From: Toensbergia leucococca
Lineage: Eukaryota
DNA: 64,000 bases
NCBI GenBank assembly: GCA_022813965.1
Contig: JALDZS010000037.1
Span: 62,001-126,000, forward strand
Direction: 5' to 3'
The number at the start of each line of letters is the position of its first letter. The first letter of the stretch is position 1. This document shows, one piece after another, positions 1 to 11,839 of this stretch. The notes beneath the pieces were generated by a model, which did not search any database, had not been told where the DNA came from, and was given only the letters and a program-made list of their open reading frames with translations. A program made the position numbers and the translations under genes.

Positions 1-188
1 CGATATTAGCGGTGATGTTTATCGAAGAAATCAGATTTTACAGATTCCCATGCAAGATCTGGCAGAGACAGCACTAAGTCAGTGTGCTTGACTAGTGTTC
101 TAAGGAGAAGCACACTGATAAATTTGGTTCATAAAAATGGTTCATTCGAAAAATCAGAGGCGGCCAAAAACCTTCTAATTGCGGATCG

Positions 189-1347
189 CTATCTTGCTGC
201 AGCCTCTTCGTCGTTGCTAGCCAGTAAGGCTCTATGCTCTTCATCCACCTTCGTGTCCTCTATGACCTTCCTCGCACCACGATAAAGCACATAATGCTGC
301 GTTATGAAAATGATGTCGAAAATAATACTGACATTCCCCAATCCCAATTTCACCTAGCCTCTAGTCAGCTCCAATATCACTCAAAAGGACCATCTTCACG
401 TACCGGATTTCCGGTCAGACCAGACCAATCGTTTTGCAAGCTTGAATCGATTAACAGTTGCACGATCGACAGGACGCCGCCGACCACATCCATTAGGATC
501 TGCGTTATACTCCAGCCCACAGTTGACTGCCTCTTGTAATTCGTCCACGCCTGGGGAATGTATTTGACCATTGTTATTACTAACTTGACATACCCAACAG
601 CGTAGATCTTGATCGTCCCATCCGAAATATCAGCCGTATGCAAACACCGTTTGTTTCTTCCACAAGAAGAAGAGATGTCTCCAGAACTCACCACATCAAT
701 CCACGCCCATCGAAACGGATCCCTTCCACCTTCCCCTCCCTTGGCCAATACCAATCCTACTACCCATACTACGCCAATTACGCACCCTACAGCAATACCC
801 ATCACCCCTCTGCTAATCCTCTTCCCTATCCCTCCTCTTTCGTAACCCCAAAGCCGAGACCAGAACATACTCCACGTTATCGCGCTCAATACGACAGCAT
901 GCGCCGCGAACTAGATGACCAAAAGCCCGATGCATTAGTGTTCGTGCTATCAATCTATTCATCCAATAGTTATATTCTCACCGCAATATCATTGCTCCTG
1001 ACGGTTGGTTCCGGCGCGCCTGGATTACGGGCCGCATATTGTTCACGAATAAGTGAGGAGTAGAAGAGGCAGGAGGTCGAGACGAGGTAGGCGACGAAGC
1101 CAAGTACGTTAATACTTTACACTTCTTTTAGATTTTTCGATTGCATGGCTAGGATTGAACAGGAGGTGCTAGGCGCATAGGATACATACGTAGGGAAATC
1201 AATGGTTGTGCCGCTGGTGGAGCGACGAGAATGGTTGAGAAAGGGCTGAGGGTAGAAGGAGGCCGACCACGATAGGGTATAGATCCAGCCGAGAAGGCGA
1301 GAAAGGGCTTTGAGAAAGGAAATGTAGGCGGGTGAGTGGGGGGACAT
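189..1347 (-). CDS. ERS1: PQ-loop lysosomal/vacuolar cystine transporter (cystinosin family), spliced
   Basis: Two PQ-loop motifs: '[23 protein letters not shown]' and '[28 protein letters not shown]'. ATG at 1345-1347, stop at 189-191. Confidence 0.88.
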
Positions 1348-1667
1348 GTCTGATTTCGGCTTTTCGGGCTGAAGAGATAAGCCGAGGGAGAAATCAGGTT
1401 TGATGGGGATGAGAGTGATTTGAGAAGGCCATCCACGCATGCAAGCTGCTAGGGAATATAGTAATTGATATTGAAGTCTTAAAACTGTCGTGTGATGGTA
1501 CGAGTACCTTGTGATGTTTAATCCTAGAGATGGTAGGTGGACGCGCCGTTGGCGCCTAGCGGGCCTCAAACTAGCGCCACGGGTAGGGCAACGGGTAGGG
1601 CGACGCCATTGCCGAGATAAATCATAAAGAATCTGAGAGACTTGCATATTCTCAAAATACCTTCATC

Positions 1668-2914
1668 ATGAGAGAGTTTGAGCCGCTGAAGAATGACTTA
1701 CTGCTCCGGACAGCGAGAGGTATGCGTCCACCAATTGACTTGGTTCATGATATGACTAAGACCCACAACCAGGCGAACGTGTCGAGCGACCACCAATATG
1801 GGTGATGCGTCAAGGTAATGGCTCCCTCAAGCCGTATTTTGCTGCGACAGGAACTAATACTGAACCAAAGCCGGCAGATACCTCCCAGAATATCATGAAG
1901 CCAAAGGGAACCATGACTTCTTTGAATGCTGCCAATCCCCAGAAATAGCTTCAACCCTTACATTACAGCCCGTTGAACGCTTTGAGGGCCTGATCGACGC
2001 CGCAATTATATTCTCAGATATACTCGTCATCCCTCAGGCAATGGGTATGACAGTGGAGATGGTTGACAAGAAAGGGCCTCATTTTCCAGATCCTCTGAAG
2101 TCTCCTAGCGATGAGCAGTACGAAAACATTCTGAAGAAGAATGTTGATGTGAAGAAGGAGCTAGATTATGTCTATAAAGCTATTACTTTGACAAGGCAAA
2201 AATTGAGAGGCAGGGTGCCTCTTTACGGATTCTGTGGGGCTCCTTGGACATTACTTTGTTATATGGTGGAAGGAGGAGGCAGTAAGCTATTTGTGCAAGT
2301 GAAAACTTGGATCTACAAATATCCGAATGAAAGCAAGAAATTACTGCAAAAGATTGCAGAACTATGTGTCGAATACCTTGCGTGGCAAATTGAGGCTGGG
2401 GCGCAGATTGTTATGGTTTTCGATTCTTGGGCAGCCGAATTATCACCATCTTCTTTCCAAGAATTCAGTCTTCCGTACCTACGATATATTTCAGGTCATT
2501 TACCTACCCGTCTCAGTGAATTAGGGCTGGGAAAAGTTCCGATGGTCGTGTTTGCTAAAGGCGCATGGTATGCTCTGGAAGACCTATGTGAATCAGGATA
2601 CGCCGTTGTTGGCTTGGACTGGCTCCAAGACCCAGCGCGGGCTGTAGAGATTGCCAAGGGCCGGGTCGTCTTACAAGGAAACGCTGACCCAGGGATCTTG
2701 TACGGAGGTAGAGAAGCCATAACTGCTGTCGTGGAAGATATGGTTAAAGGGTTCGGGGGTGGGAAGCAGGGATGGATTGCTAATTTGGGGCATGGTCAGT
2801 CCCTCCACTCTAAATCCGAAATGAAAATTAAAAGTTGCAGGTATCACCCCATTCGTCGACCCTAGTGATTTGAAGTTCTACTTTCAAGAGATCCATCGCC
2901 TCACTAGCAGTTGA
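1668..2914 (+). CDS. HEM12: Uroporphyrinogen decarboxylase, spliced
   Basis: N-terminus [16 protein letters not shown], then [40 protein letters not shown] and NLGHG|ITP. Confidence 0.95.
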
Positions 2915-3043
2915 TAGACCCTGATTTCCAATATTGGTGGTGGTCACTAGGAATCGTTAAGAGCGGCGCTGTACATTGCAAATATAAAAGCATGTGCATT
3001 AGAAGATTATTGAAGTATACTTCATTAGAAGAGTTTCAGAGTT

Positions 3044-3616
3044 TCATTCTCCAATATCCTCATTCCTGCAAGCGCAATAATGCTTAGCAAGTGCGGCATG
3101 TGGTTCTGTCCTGCCTAGAACTCACTTACCAAATTTCAGGTTTGTCTTTGATGAATTTTTGCATTAGAGCTTCACACTCGGCATTCTGGAGTACGACAAC
3201 CTCGATCCCTCTTTGCTTCAGGTACACTTCACCGCCGACAAAGGTATGGTTTTCGCCGATGACTACACGACTAACTTTGTACAAAACACAGGCGCCAGTG
3301 CACATGTCACAAGGAGAGAGAGTCGTGTACATAGTGGCCCCTTTGTAGGCCGACGCGGAGAGTCTTCCCGTATTCTCAAGTGCCGAGATCTCGGCCTGAC
3401 TGAGGCATTTATCATTAGGATTCTGGACTTGATCATGACTTGATCATTGAAGCCTACATGTAGAGTAGCGCTGCCTTTCTGCACCCGCATGTTGTGCCCT
3501 CTGCCCAAGATGTTGCCTTGGTGCGAAATCAAACAGGCACCAATTGGTACTCCGCCCTCGTCAGCACCACACTTAGCCTCTTCTATGGCTGCAAGAAAAC
3601 CAAGATCTCGATCCAT
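3044..3616 (-). CDS. FCY1: Cytosine deaminase, 3 exons
   Basis: EGGVPIGA, GHNMRVQKGSATLH|AEIS (HAE zinc motif), TLSPCDMC and W|NEDIGE*. Confidence 0.95.
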
Positions 3617-4087
3617 GATTGAATAAGATTGCGCAAGCAGTTGAAGTAGATGATCTACGTGCACCGTGTTGCATTTTCATTAATGTTTAAACTTTTATGT
3701 TACGCTAGCCTCGGATTTGGCTTGCGTCGAAGTGGCGATGGATTGTCTCAACGATTTATCAGAATTTAAAATGACGTTGATTTTTTATCGAGGCAACGGA
3801 AATACGTGATATTCATGACTCTCTCGACTCTTCCGTACTAGCTAGAGTAGAATAATCATTGTAAGATCAGCCCATCACAGCCTTCACGGGGCGGCTGTAG
3901 ATTGTGGAATCATTCAGAATCGCGGCGAACTCGCCAAACTTCCCTAGTGCCGATTTTTCAGCCGCCTTACCTTGCAACAGATCTAAAATAATCCGACCTA
4001 AGCTTTTCTGCCTCGCTGAAGTCTTAAATGCTTCGACTAAAACACATCCATTTTACTTGACTACATTTGACATCTTGAGTTGCTATC

Positions 4088-4100
4088 GAAAATTCGAGAA
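4088..4100. promoter_or_regulatory. Perfect heat-shock element (GAAnnTTCnnGAA) upstream of the Hsp40 gene
   Basis: GAAAATTCGAGAA about 200 bp upstream of the YDJ1 ATG, just before a probable 5'UTR intron (about 4112-4196). Confidence 0.55.
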
Positions 4101-4302
4101 GAGCGTCCGAGGTACGTTGCTAACATCAGCCCATGAGTCTTCAACAAGGGGGTTAATGTTTGTCGAACTGTGATCACTGACTGTGCCTTCCTCAAGATTC
4201 AACACCACCAGCCAAGAGCACACACTACTTTTGAGACTGCGGACCATTTTACCATTACATCACGCCACGCATTTGATCGTTCATCGTTAAGAAGTCAGCA
4301 TC

Positions 4303-5728
4303 ATGGTTAAAGAGACCAAGTTTTACGATACCCTAGGGGTAAGTAGTCACTTCCTCTTCATCGAGGTGAAGATGATAAGTCCATCGTCAAATTAATATAT
4401 GGCTACTCTAGGTATCTCCTGGTGCAACAGATACTGAGCTAAAGTCCGCATACAAAAAAGGCGCTCTCAAGCATCATCCAGGTACTCGAGCATTTGAACA
4501 AACCATGAATATGACTAATTGGGCTTGATAGATAAAAATGCTCACAATCCAGGTGCTGCCGAAAAGTTCAAGGATCTCTCCCATGCATATGAAGTCCTCT
4601 CTGATCCACAGAAACGACAGCTTTACGATCAATATGGCGAAGAAGGTCTAGAGCAAGGCGGCGCTGGTGCAGGGGGCATGTCAGCCGAGGACCTCTTCTC
4701 CCAGTTCTTTGGTGGGGGTGGTGGGGCCTTTGGTGGTATGTTTGGCGGTGGCATGCGTGAAACCGGTCCCAAGAAAGCCAGAACGATTCACCATGTCCAC
4801 AAAGTGTCACTGGAAGACATCTACCGGGGAAAGGTCTCGAAGCTCGCCTTACAAAAATCTATCATATGCCCAGCTTGTGAGGGTCGCGGAGGTAAGGAAG
4901 GAGCTGTCAAATCATGTAGCGGTTGCAACGGTGCCGGTATGAAGACAATGATGCGCCAAATGGGCCCAATGATTCAACGTTTCCAGACCGTATGCCCAGA
5001 TTGCCAAGGAGAGGGAGAAATTATCCGTGAAAAGGATAAATGCAAGCGATGCAGTGGGAAGAAGACAGTCATTGAGCGAAAAGTGCTACACGTGCACGTC
5101 GACAAAGGCGTAAAGAGTGGTCATCAGATCGATTTCCGAGGCGAGGGAGATCAAATGCCAGGTATCCTGCCCGGTGATGTACAATTCGAAATTGAGCAGA
5201 AGCCGCATCCTAGGTTCCAGCGAAAGGACGATGATCTTTTTTTCCACGCTGAGATTGATCTCCTGACCGCTTTGGCTGGTGGCGCTGTACATGTCGAGCA
5301 CTTGGACGAACGATGGCTGACTGTGAGAATTGAGCCCGGCGAGGTTATCAGCCCAGGTATGCCTTCCATGAACCATAGCAAATCTATGAGTGAAAGCTAA
5401 CAATGCCGAAGGCGAGGTCAAGATGATCCGGGGCCAGGGTATGCCATCGATGAGACACCACGATTTCGGAAATCTCTACGTCCAATTCGATGTCAAATTT
5501 CCACCTCTTGGATTTAATAGTCCTGAAAAGATCCAATTGCTTGAAGGAATCTTGCCGCCTCGAAAATCGACCAACATGCCTCCGGAGGATGCCATGATTG
5601 AAGATTTTGATCTTGAAGAGGTCGACCAAACTGGACAACGACGAGCACACGGGGCAACTACTACGGAGGAAGAGGAGGAAGACGGTGTTCCACAAGGTGC
5701 TGAGAGGATGCAATGCGCTTCTCAATAA
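4303..5728 (+). CDS. YDJ1: Type I Hsp40/DnaJ co-chaperone, farnesylated
   Basis: MVKETKFYD start, HP|DK J-domain, G/F-rich linker, four CxxCxGxG-type repeats and C-terminal CaaX box CASQ. Confidence 0.96.
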
Positions 5729-6562
5729 ATGAGAGACGAAAACCATTATGAGTAATGAAGGGACGAAGGGCTGTCATTCGCCAGGAGGGGGACCATGACC
5801 GTCTATGTTGACAGACCAGCTACACATCTCTTGCATTGGTTGAAGGGGGGTTTACTGGTACCACGTCCCTTCGACTCACATCATCATGCAACCCGGCGAA
5901 CGGGGAGTTCAATTCCTTAATGTTGCTCGCATGCAATTTTTCTGGCCTGTGATTCTCCACCCGTGAAATCTTTCCTTGTTGCACCAAGTCTATAGATTTC
6001 CTTCTAGGCGACGCCCCCATCCGATGTCGCTCCCGTGTTTGTTGTGGAAATCAAATGTCTCTTACTTTGGGCGTATTTTACTTACATGCATGGCGTTATA
6101 GAAGAGTGCATAAAGATGGCCTTGATTTTTTTTTCTTTCTCTTAATCAAAAAAACACTTTTGCTTCTCAATCTTGAAGTCTGTGTGTATCGTGTGCCAAT
6201 TTGATTGGTTTCGTGCTCCCAGTGTCAATCTTCCTTGACGATGGTACCTACTTTTCATGACTGAGATGTTCAAGGGACTCACTAGGCTTGGTATTGGTGC
6301 GTTCAAGCTATTGATAACTGTATTTCCTCAATCGAAAATTTTTAGAAATGAAGTTGTTTTAAAGGTATGAGGGGTATTCACTTGATGAAAAAGAGTCTCA
6401 GATACGTGGAGTTATTTTTCGCTTTTTTTTTTTCAAATCTATCTTCTTGTCTTCTTTCTTCACTCTTGTCGTTTAACTTTTTCTAAACTGAAGTTTCTGA
6501 TTATTCTTTTTCTTCATTGATTTGTCTGGGCAGATACTTTGATTATTAGTTTTTCATCTCTT

Positions 6563-6604
6563 ACTTCTTCTTCTTCTTCTGCTTCTTCTTCTTCTTCTAC
6601 TACT
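6563..6604 (+). repeat. (TTC)n microsatellite grading into (CTA)n
   Basis: cttcttcttcttcttctgcttcttcttcttcttctactact. Confidence 0.8.
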
Positions 6605-7944
6605 ATCCTCAACCGAGATTAAATCGATTACACATCAATCTCCACCCTCGCTTTCCAAGATCCATCAACCCAAACAAAGCCATCTCAAAATTTCCCAAAA
6701 AAAAGAAAAAGAAAAAAAGTCCTTTCCACCAATGAGACACCCTCCTCATTTTGCGCGCATCCCCAGAAACAAACCCAACATTCTTCCCCTCACTCAAGAA
6801 GGAAAAACCGTGCAAAACCCGTGAAGCACAAGCATCCCCATCACACACACACGCTTGGGGCCCACCCCGGTTGCCGGATCCGGCTCTTTCGGTTCGTTCT
6901 TGCGGCGTGTTTTCCAAAAATCCATCGGGCACGCTGACGCCGTCCCGTAGATGGTCAATGGCGGAAGGAAGCTCTGGCTCGTGGAATTCCCAGGCAGTGT
7001 TGCCGCGGCCCCGGCGGTTCTGGCGTTTCCAGACGGCGCTTTTGCCGCCGATGTTAGACGATGAGGTTGCGGTCGCTTTTGCTAGTTTGAGGGGTGCCAG
7101 GTTTGTGGGTGTGTGTGGCGCAGTTGTGCACCCGGGGCGTTCCCGGCTGTTCTGGATTTGCGGCGCTGGAGTTGTGACTTGGGGGGTTAGGGTATGTGTG
7201 TATTTGGTTTTTGTGGGTGGCTTTTTTTTTTCTAATTCGCTGTTCATCTGATGATGGGTTTGGTGACTGGGACGATTTTTAGGCAAGGAAAGAGGGGGCG
7301 TCACTGATATTACAAAGGTACCGTCACCTTGCAACACCAACCTCATCAATCTAGAAATTTCCAATCTAGACCTGGAGTATGTAGAGATCAGGTAAGAAAA
7401 CAGATGTATTTGACATAAGAAATCGATGAGAGAAGAGGGCAGACAATGAAGCCGAGAAGTGGGGGCCTGAAAACATGGAACAGAGCCATCAAACTTCCGT
7501 GACAGTTGAGGAGCAAAAATAATCCCTGCCAGTTGAAATTGGATCAACAAGCTAGGTAAGTATGAGCAGCGCACATGTACCTTATGAACACGTCTCAAAG
7601 ATGGGGCTGAGAAACGGGATATAGATCTCATCCAGCTGAATGCAGAGCCAGCATTATTATGGAGGTCTTCTGCTTACATCTTTTCATCCTTTAGTATCTT
7701 CAAGAGAGGTCGATCAGATTATCTAGGCTTCGTTGTCGGCCTACTTGATTGGACTGGTAACGAGTAGTGTTGAGGGGCAAATGCCAGGTAGAGCTGGGGA
7801 GAGAAGGTTGTTCCATTCTGCCATGGAAAGAGGTCGCCCATGTTCGTAACGCTGCTCTTTGGATATTGATTGGATTTAGACAGCGTAGATTACAGTACCA
7901 ACATCCAGATTCCAGACACCAGCGCAAGAGATCCCCCAGTTCAC

Positions 7945-8591
7945 TCATTCCTCCTCCTCCTTCCCGATTCCCAAGCTCTTCTTTTCTACACTTGTCAACA
8001 TCGTCTTCACCAGTCCAACACACTTCTTCGCCCAAACTATCACGCACGTAGGCTCTTGCCCCAAATACTCACTGTCAAATGTTACCTTCAAGAAAGGATT
8101 CCCGTTCTCATCCATAACATCCAACTCCTCAAGGTCACTGTGGTGTTTCCATCCTGGTTTCTGATCATCCTTCTTTCCAAATGAAAAATTCACAATCGCC
8201 TCCTTCCCCTCCTCGCCAGAAAAGTCAGCTGTGAAGAGTTCTTTCCAAGCCTCAATTTCGAATCTTCCATGAAAATCGACTTTGGAATCGGGGCCCGCAG
8301 GCCGGAAGCTGAAATAATTATCGTCCTCTCCATCTATGTCATCAAGGGGGAATGGATCGGTGGAGTGTGGTGTTGGGTCAATGTAGATGCCGTGTTTCTC
8401 GAAGGACTCCTTATGCGTCGTCTCTATCCACTCCTTCCAAACGATGTGGTAGGTTCCGGTGCGGTTGAGGATCTTATCAGATTTGCTTATTTGAGGCTAA
8501 TTCTGGATGTTAGTAGTTTGGTGATGCAGGAAGAGGCAAGATTGCGGACCGTAGCGACAGCGGGTGCAATCTCAGGGTTTGCGGAAGACAT
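7945..8591 (-). CDS. Hypothetical 2-exon orphan protein (about 200 aa)
   Basis: MSSANPEIAPAVAT, then a GTCCGC..CTAAC..TAG intron, joining in frame to a stop-free exon PQISKSDKILNRTGTYHIVWKEW...GIGKEEEE*. No family recognised. Confidence 0.55.
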
Positions 8592-11500
8592 GTCCGGCAG
8601 ATTCTGTCTGTGCTTAGCAGAAGAGATGGAAGCGGTTGCGGCATGCTGAAAGGGGGAAGAGGTGGACTTTATGTTGCGGCGAGCAGACGAGTTGATATAT
8701 GGTCTGAGCCTTTGTCAACCGGAGAGCCAATTTGCTAAAGTACTCTTCTTATCACACAATCATGTCAAGCTGAGCGATCCAAACAAGTCAAAGGCAGACA
8801 ATACCACGTAAATTGTGTCACAGGGCCTTTGGTTGCAACACCATGGTCATTTTCATCGGTATCGAGTTTGCTGTATGCAGAAGCTGGATTATTCAAGCAA
8901 CATTTACTCCATGGCGGAGGTCTGGTATGAAGAGAAGGGACGTACTCCTAAATGCCAGTGTATTCGTTTTAGGTCGATTAGCATTTTTTGCCAGTAGACT
9001 ATGTGACCTTGCCTCTCCTGAAGACCTCCGAAGACCCTGCAAATGGAGAGGATTCGGAGATAATTAAATAGAAGTGTCCATCCAGCTATTGAGGTGGATT
9101 TTCAAAAATGACAAGTGTCCTTTAGGTTGAGAAGAAGGTTCCTGTGCGTGTATGTCTTCCCCGACCTGAACGTTACTCTCAACAGATAGGGAAAACTGTC
9201 TCTAGAGAAACAACGTTGTTGAAACATTGGGTTGGTAGCAACCAATTTTTATTAAGAAGACTTCAGAGCACTCCTAACATTCATCGGTCTTTATCGTACT
9301 GACAGCCCATCAATCTCACTTGAAGAGCTTCAGAAAACTTAGTGATGTCCGGTACAGGCATAGTCGAATACATGGTATTCGCTTTGACGATTCACGGCGT
9401 TTTGTCCGTAGCAGACGAATGCCTCTATTCGAGGTTAGCTACAAGACTTGGATCTTAGATCTCACTGTATTGAAATCTCATTGTATTTTGCTGCTTGTGT
9501 AATGTATTGGCGTTTTTAGGAGCTCCCACGTCGCCGCTGCAGGGTTTCGGGTCTTTGCTATTTTCCTACTGCGTGCAGATGATCTTTGCTTCCAAGCTGT
9601 GATAGGGGTTGGCGGCAAAGGTTTCATAAACGAGCCCGCTTACTATGAGTGATTTCGGTACAGTATGATGTTTGAAAGACACATTGCAAACAGTAGACAC
9701 ATACAGATGTCTTCTTCCAGGTTGCGAATCTTTCATAGTGAAGCTGATACAAAGGTCATTGATCGTTCAACTAAAACGGAAAATGGAGGAGAAAAACTAC
9801 CCACGAACTAGAACATGTATAACACCAGACTACCGAGCCGCGCTAACTGAGCCCTACCAATCCTCAATCCAAGCTCCACCGGGACAACATGTCCCCAATA
9901 GACCACCCCTCCTAAAATACAAACTTCTCACGCTCGTATTTCCATTGATTCGCCAGTCCGGCCATCCTCCCAAGCCTAATTCTCTACTCCATAACCCCGT
10001 CTGTGACCTGAAGACTCCGACTCCTGCGGGCCAAACAAAATATGGTACTCTTTGGCCTCGGAAACCTAATCTACGGTACCATCTCCCATCAATTTCCCTA
10101 AACTTCCTATCAACCGCCGCCCCCCCTCCCCCCTCCCATCCCAAAAAAAAAGAAAATTAATCCATCCCCCAAATACAGTATCCATCCTCCTCACAAACGC
10201 AATCGCCATCCTCTCCGAAGACCGCTTCCTAGCACGAAGTACGCCCTCCCTCCTCAAACTCCCCAGTCCTCAAACCCCTAACCCCCGTTCCCCAAAGCCC
10301 TCCACCCCTGATTCCAGCCCCCACTCCTCCTCTCACCCCACCCATCCTCCAAATCCTAAAAAGAAGCCCAAAAGCTCAAGCTGATTTTACACGGTGGTAA
10401 AAAAACAACAGTAGGATGGTCGTCCTCAACTCCCTTCGCAGAACAAGCCTTTTCAAGCCGTGACCGCGACGCCGAAGCCGGGAGCGTGAAGGGAAGGGTG
10501 GTGAATTTGATTAGTAGCGTTAGGACCTTGATGAGGAGTTTGTTTTACCCCCTTTCTCTTTTCTGATTACTATCCCTTTACTTTTTCTTATCCCGCCCTA
10601 TCCTCCTCCTTTCTTGCGGGGGTATTTGGGTGGGTGGGGAGAGAAGCAAGGGAGAAAAGGGCAAAAGGGCAAAGGATTAGGACAAATCGAGGCTGATGAA
10701 GGAAACAGTACCGCTGATAGTAATCAACACGCTCGTCATCGTCTACGAGGTCGTGCTCGGGTGAGCAGAGGGACGGACGTCGAGACAAGCTATCCGCAAG
10801 CCTCGGTACCAGTAACAAAAGAGGCAAGCGAATGAACAACTAGGGGGGCAGGGCAGGCGGAAAAAGAGAAAAGGGCGGGGAAGAGGTTGGTAGTCATCAG
10901 GTTCTCCAGCCCGCCAAGGGTTCAGTAACGGACAAGCCGCCCCACCTCCCAACCCAAGCACCTTTGCTAGGCGCAAGAAATCGCATACAAATAGGGAGAC
11001 CAACATTTAGATCCGGCTCCCAGATAATTCCCATCTACCATCCATCCCCGTCCAATACCCGCAAATATCAAAAAGTCTGGATTGAAAGCGCCCCGGAAAG
11101 TAGAGCACACACCTCGCCCACCCCACTCCCCTCTTCCTCTCAAAGTCCTAAGAAAGCCACACCAAAAATGTTGAACCCTTTTCTCCACGCCTCACATCCA
11201 TCCTCAATTCATCCTTCTTCTCAGTCCCTAAGACACCCACAATCACCCACCCCCCCTCTCTCTTTCTCTCTCAAAGAAAAAAAAATCGTCTGCACAGCCA
11301 TTTGCAGAACACCTACGTGACCTTAAATTAGCTTTTGGGAAAAAAAGGGGGGAAAGACGCATAGAATACTGATTGAAACTCTCTCGTGATATCATATATT
11401 ATCTTAGAAGAAAAAGAGATATTTTCTTTTCCAACAAGAACACAAATCTGATTGGAGAAAGCCCTCCAATAATTGTAAAAATACACATTTTTTTAATTCA

Positions 11501-11839
11501 CTACGAGGATATCCTCTTCCCAAGTAATTTTGCAACCCCTTCTCCTACCTCCCCACCCGCCCCCTCTCCACACACAGCGCAATACAGAAGACATAATGTA
11601 ACGAAAAAGACACCAGCACGCCAGAACCCCCTAATGCACAGCCTGCCCAATGGTATCTAAACACCCATCCCTACTCCCCCCAAAAAAAAGCCCCCCAGTC
11701 GAAGACCAACGATCGAAAAAGTTTGAAAAAATTAGGGAATATCCAAATGCTAAATGCATTGCGTTTTCCCGGGTACACTCCCCAATACTATACAAGAACC
11801 ACCCTTCGACCCAATTCTCACCTTCGGGGAAAAAAACAA

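Noticed and set aside
6100..6600. AT-rich tract as a possible RIP-degraded transposon
   Set aside because: No terminal repeats, target-site duplication or transposase/RT remnants; consists of T runs and a microsatellite.
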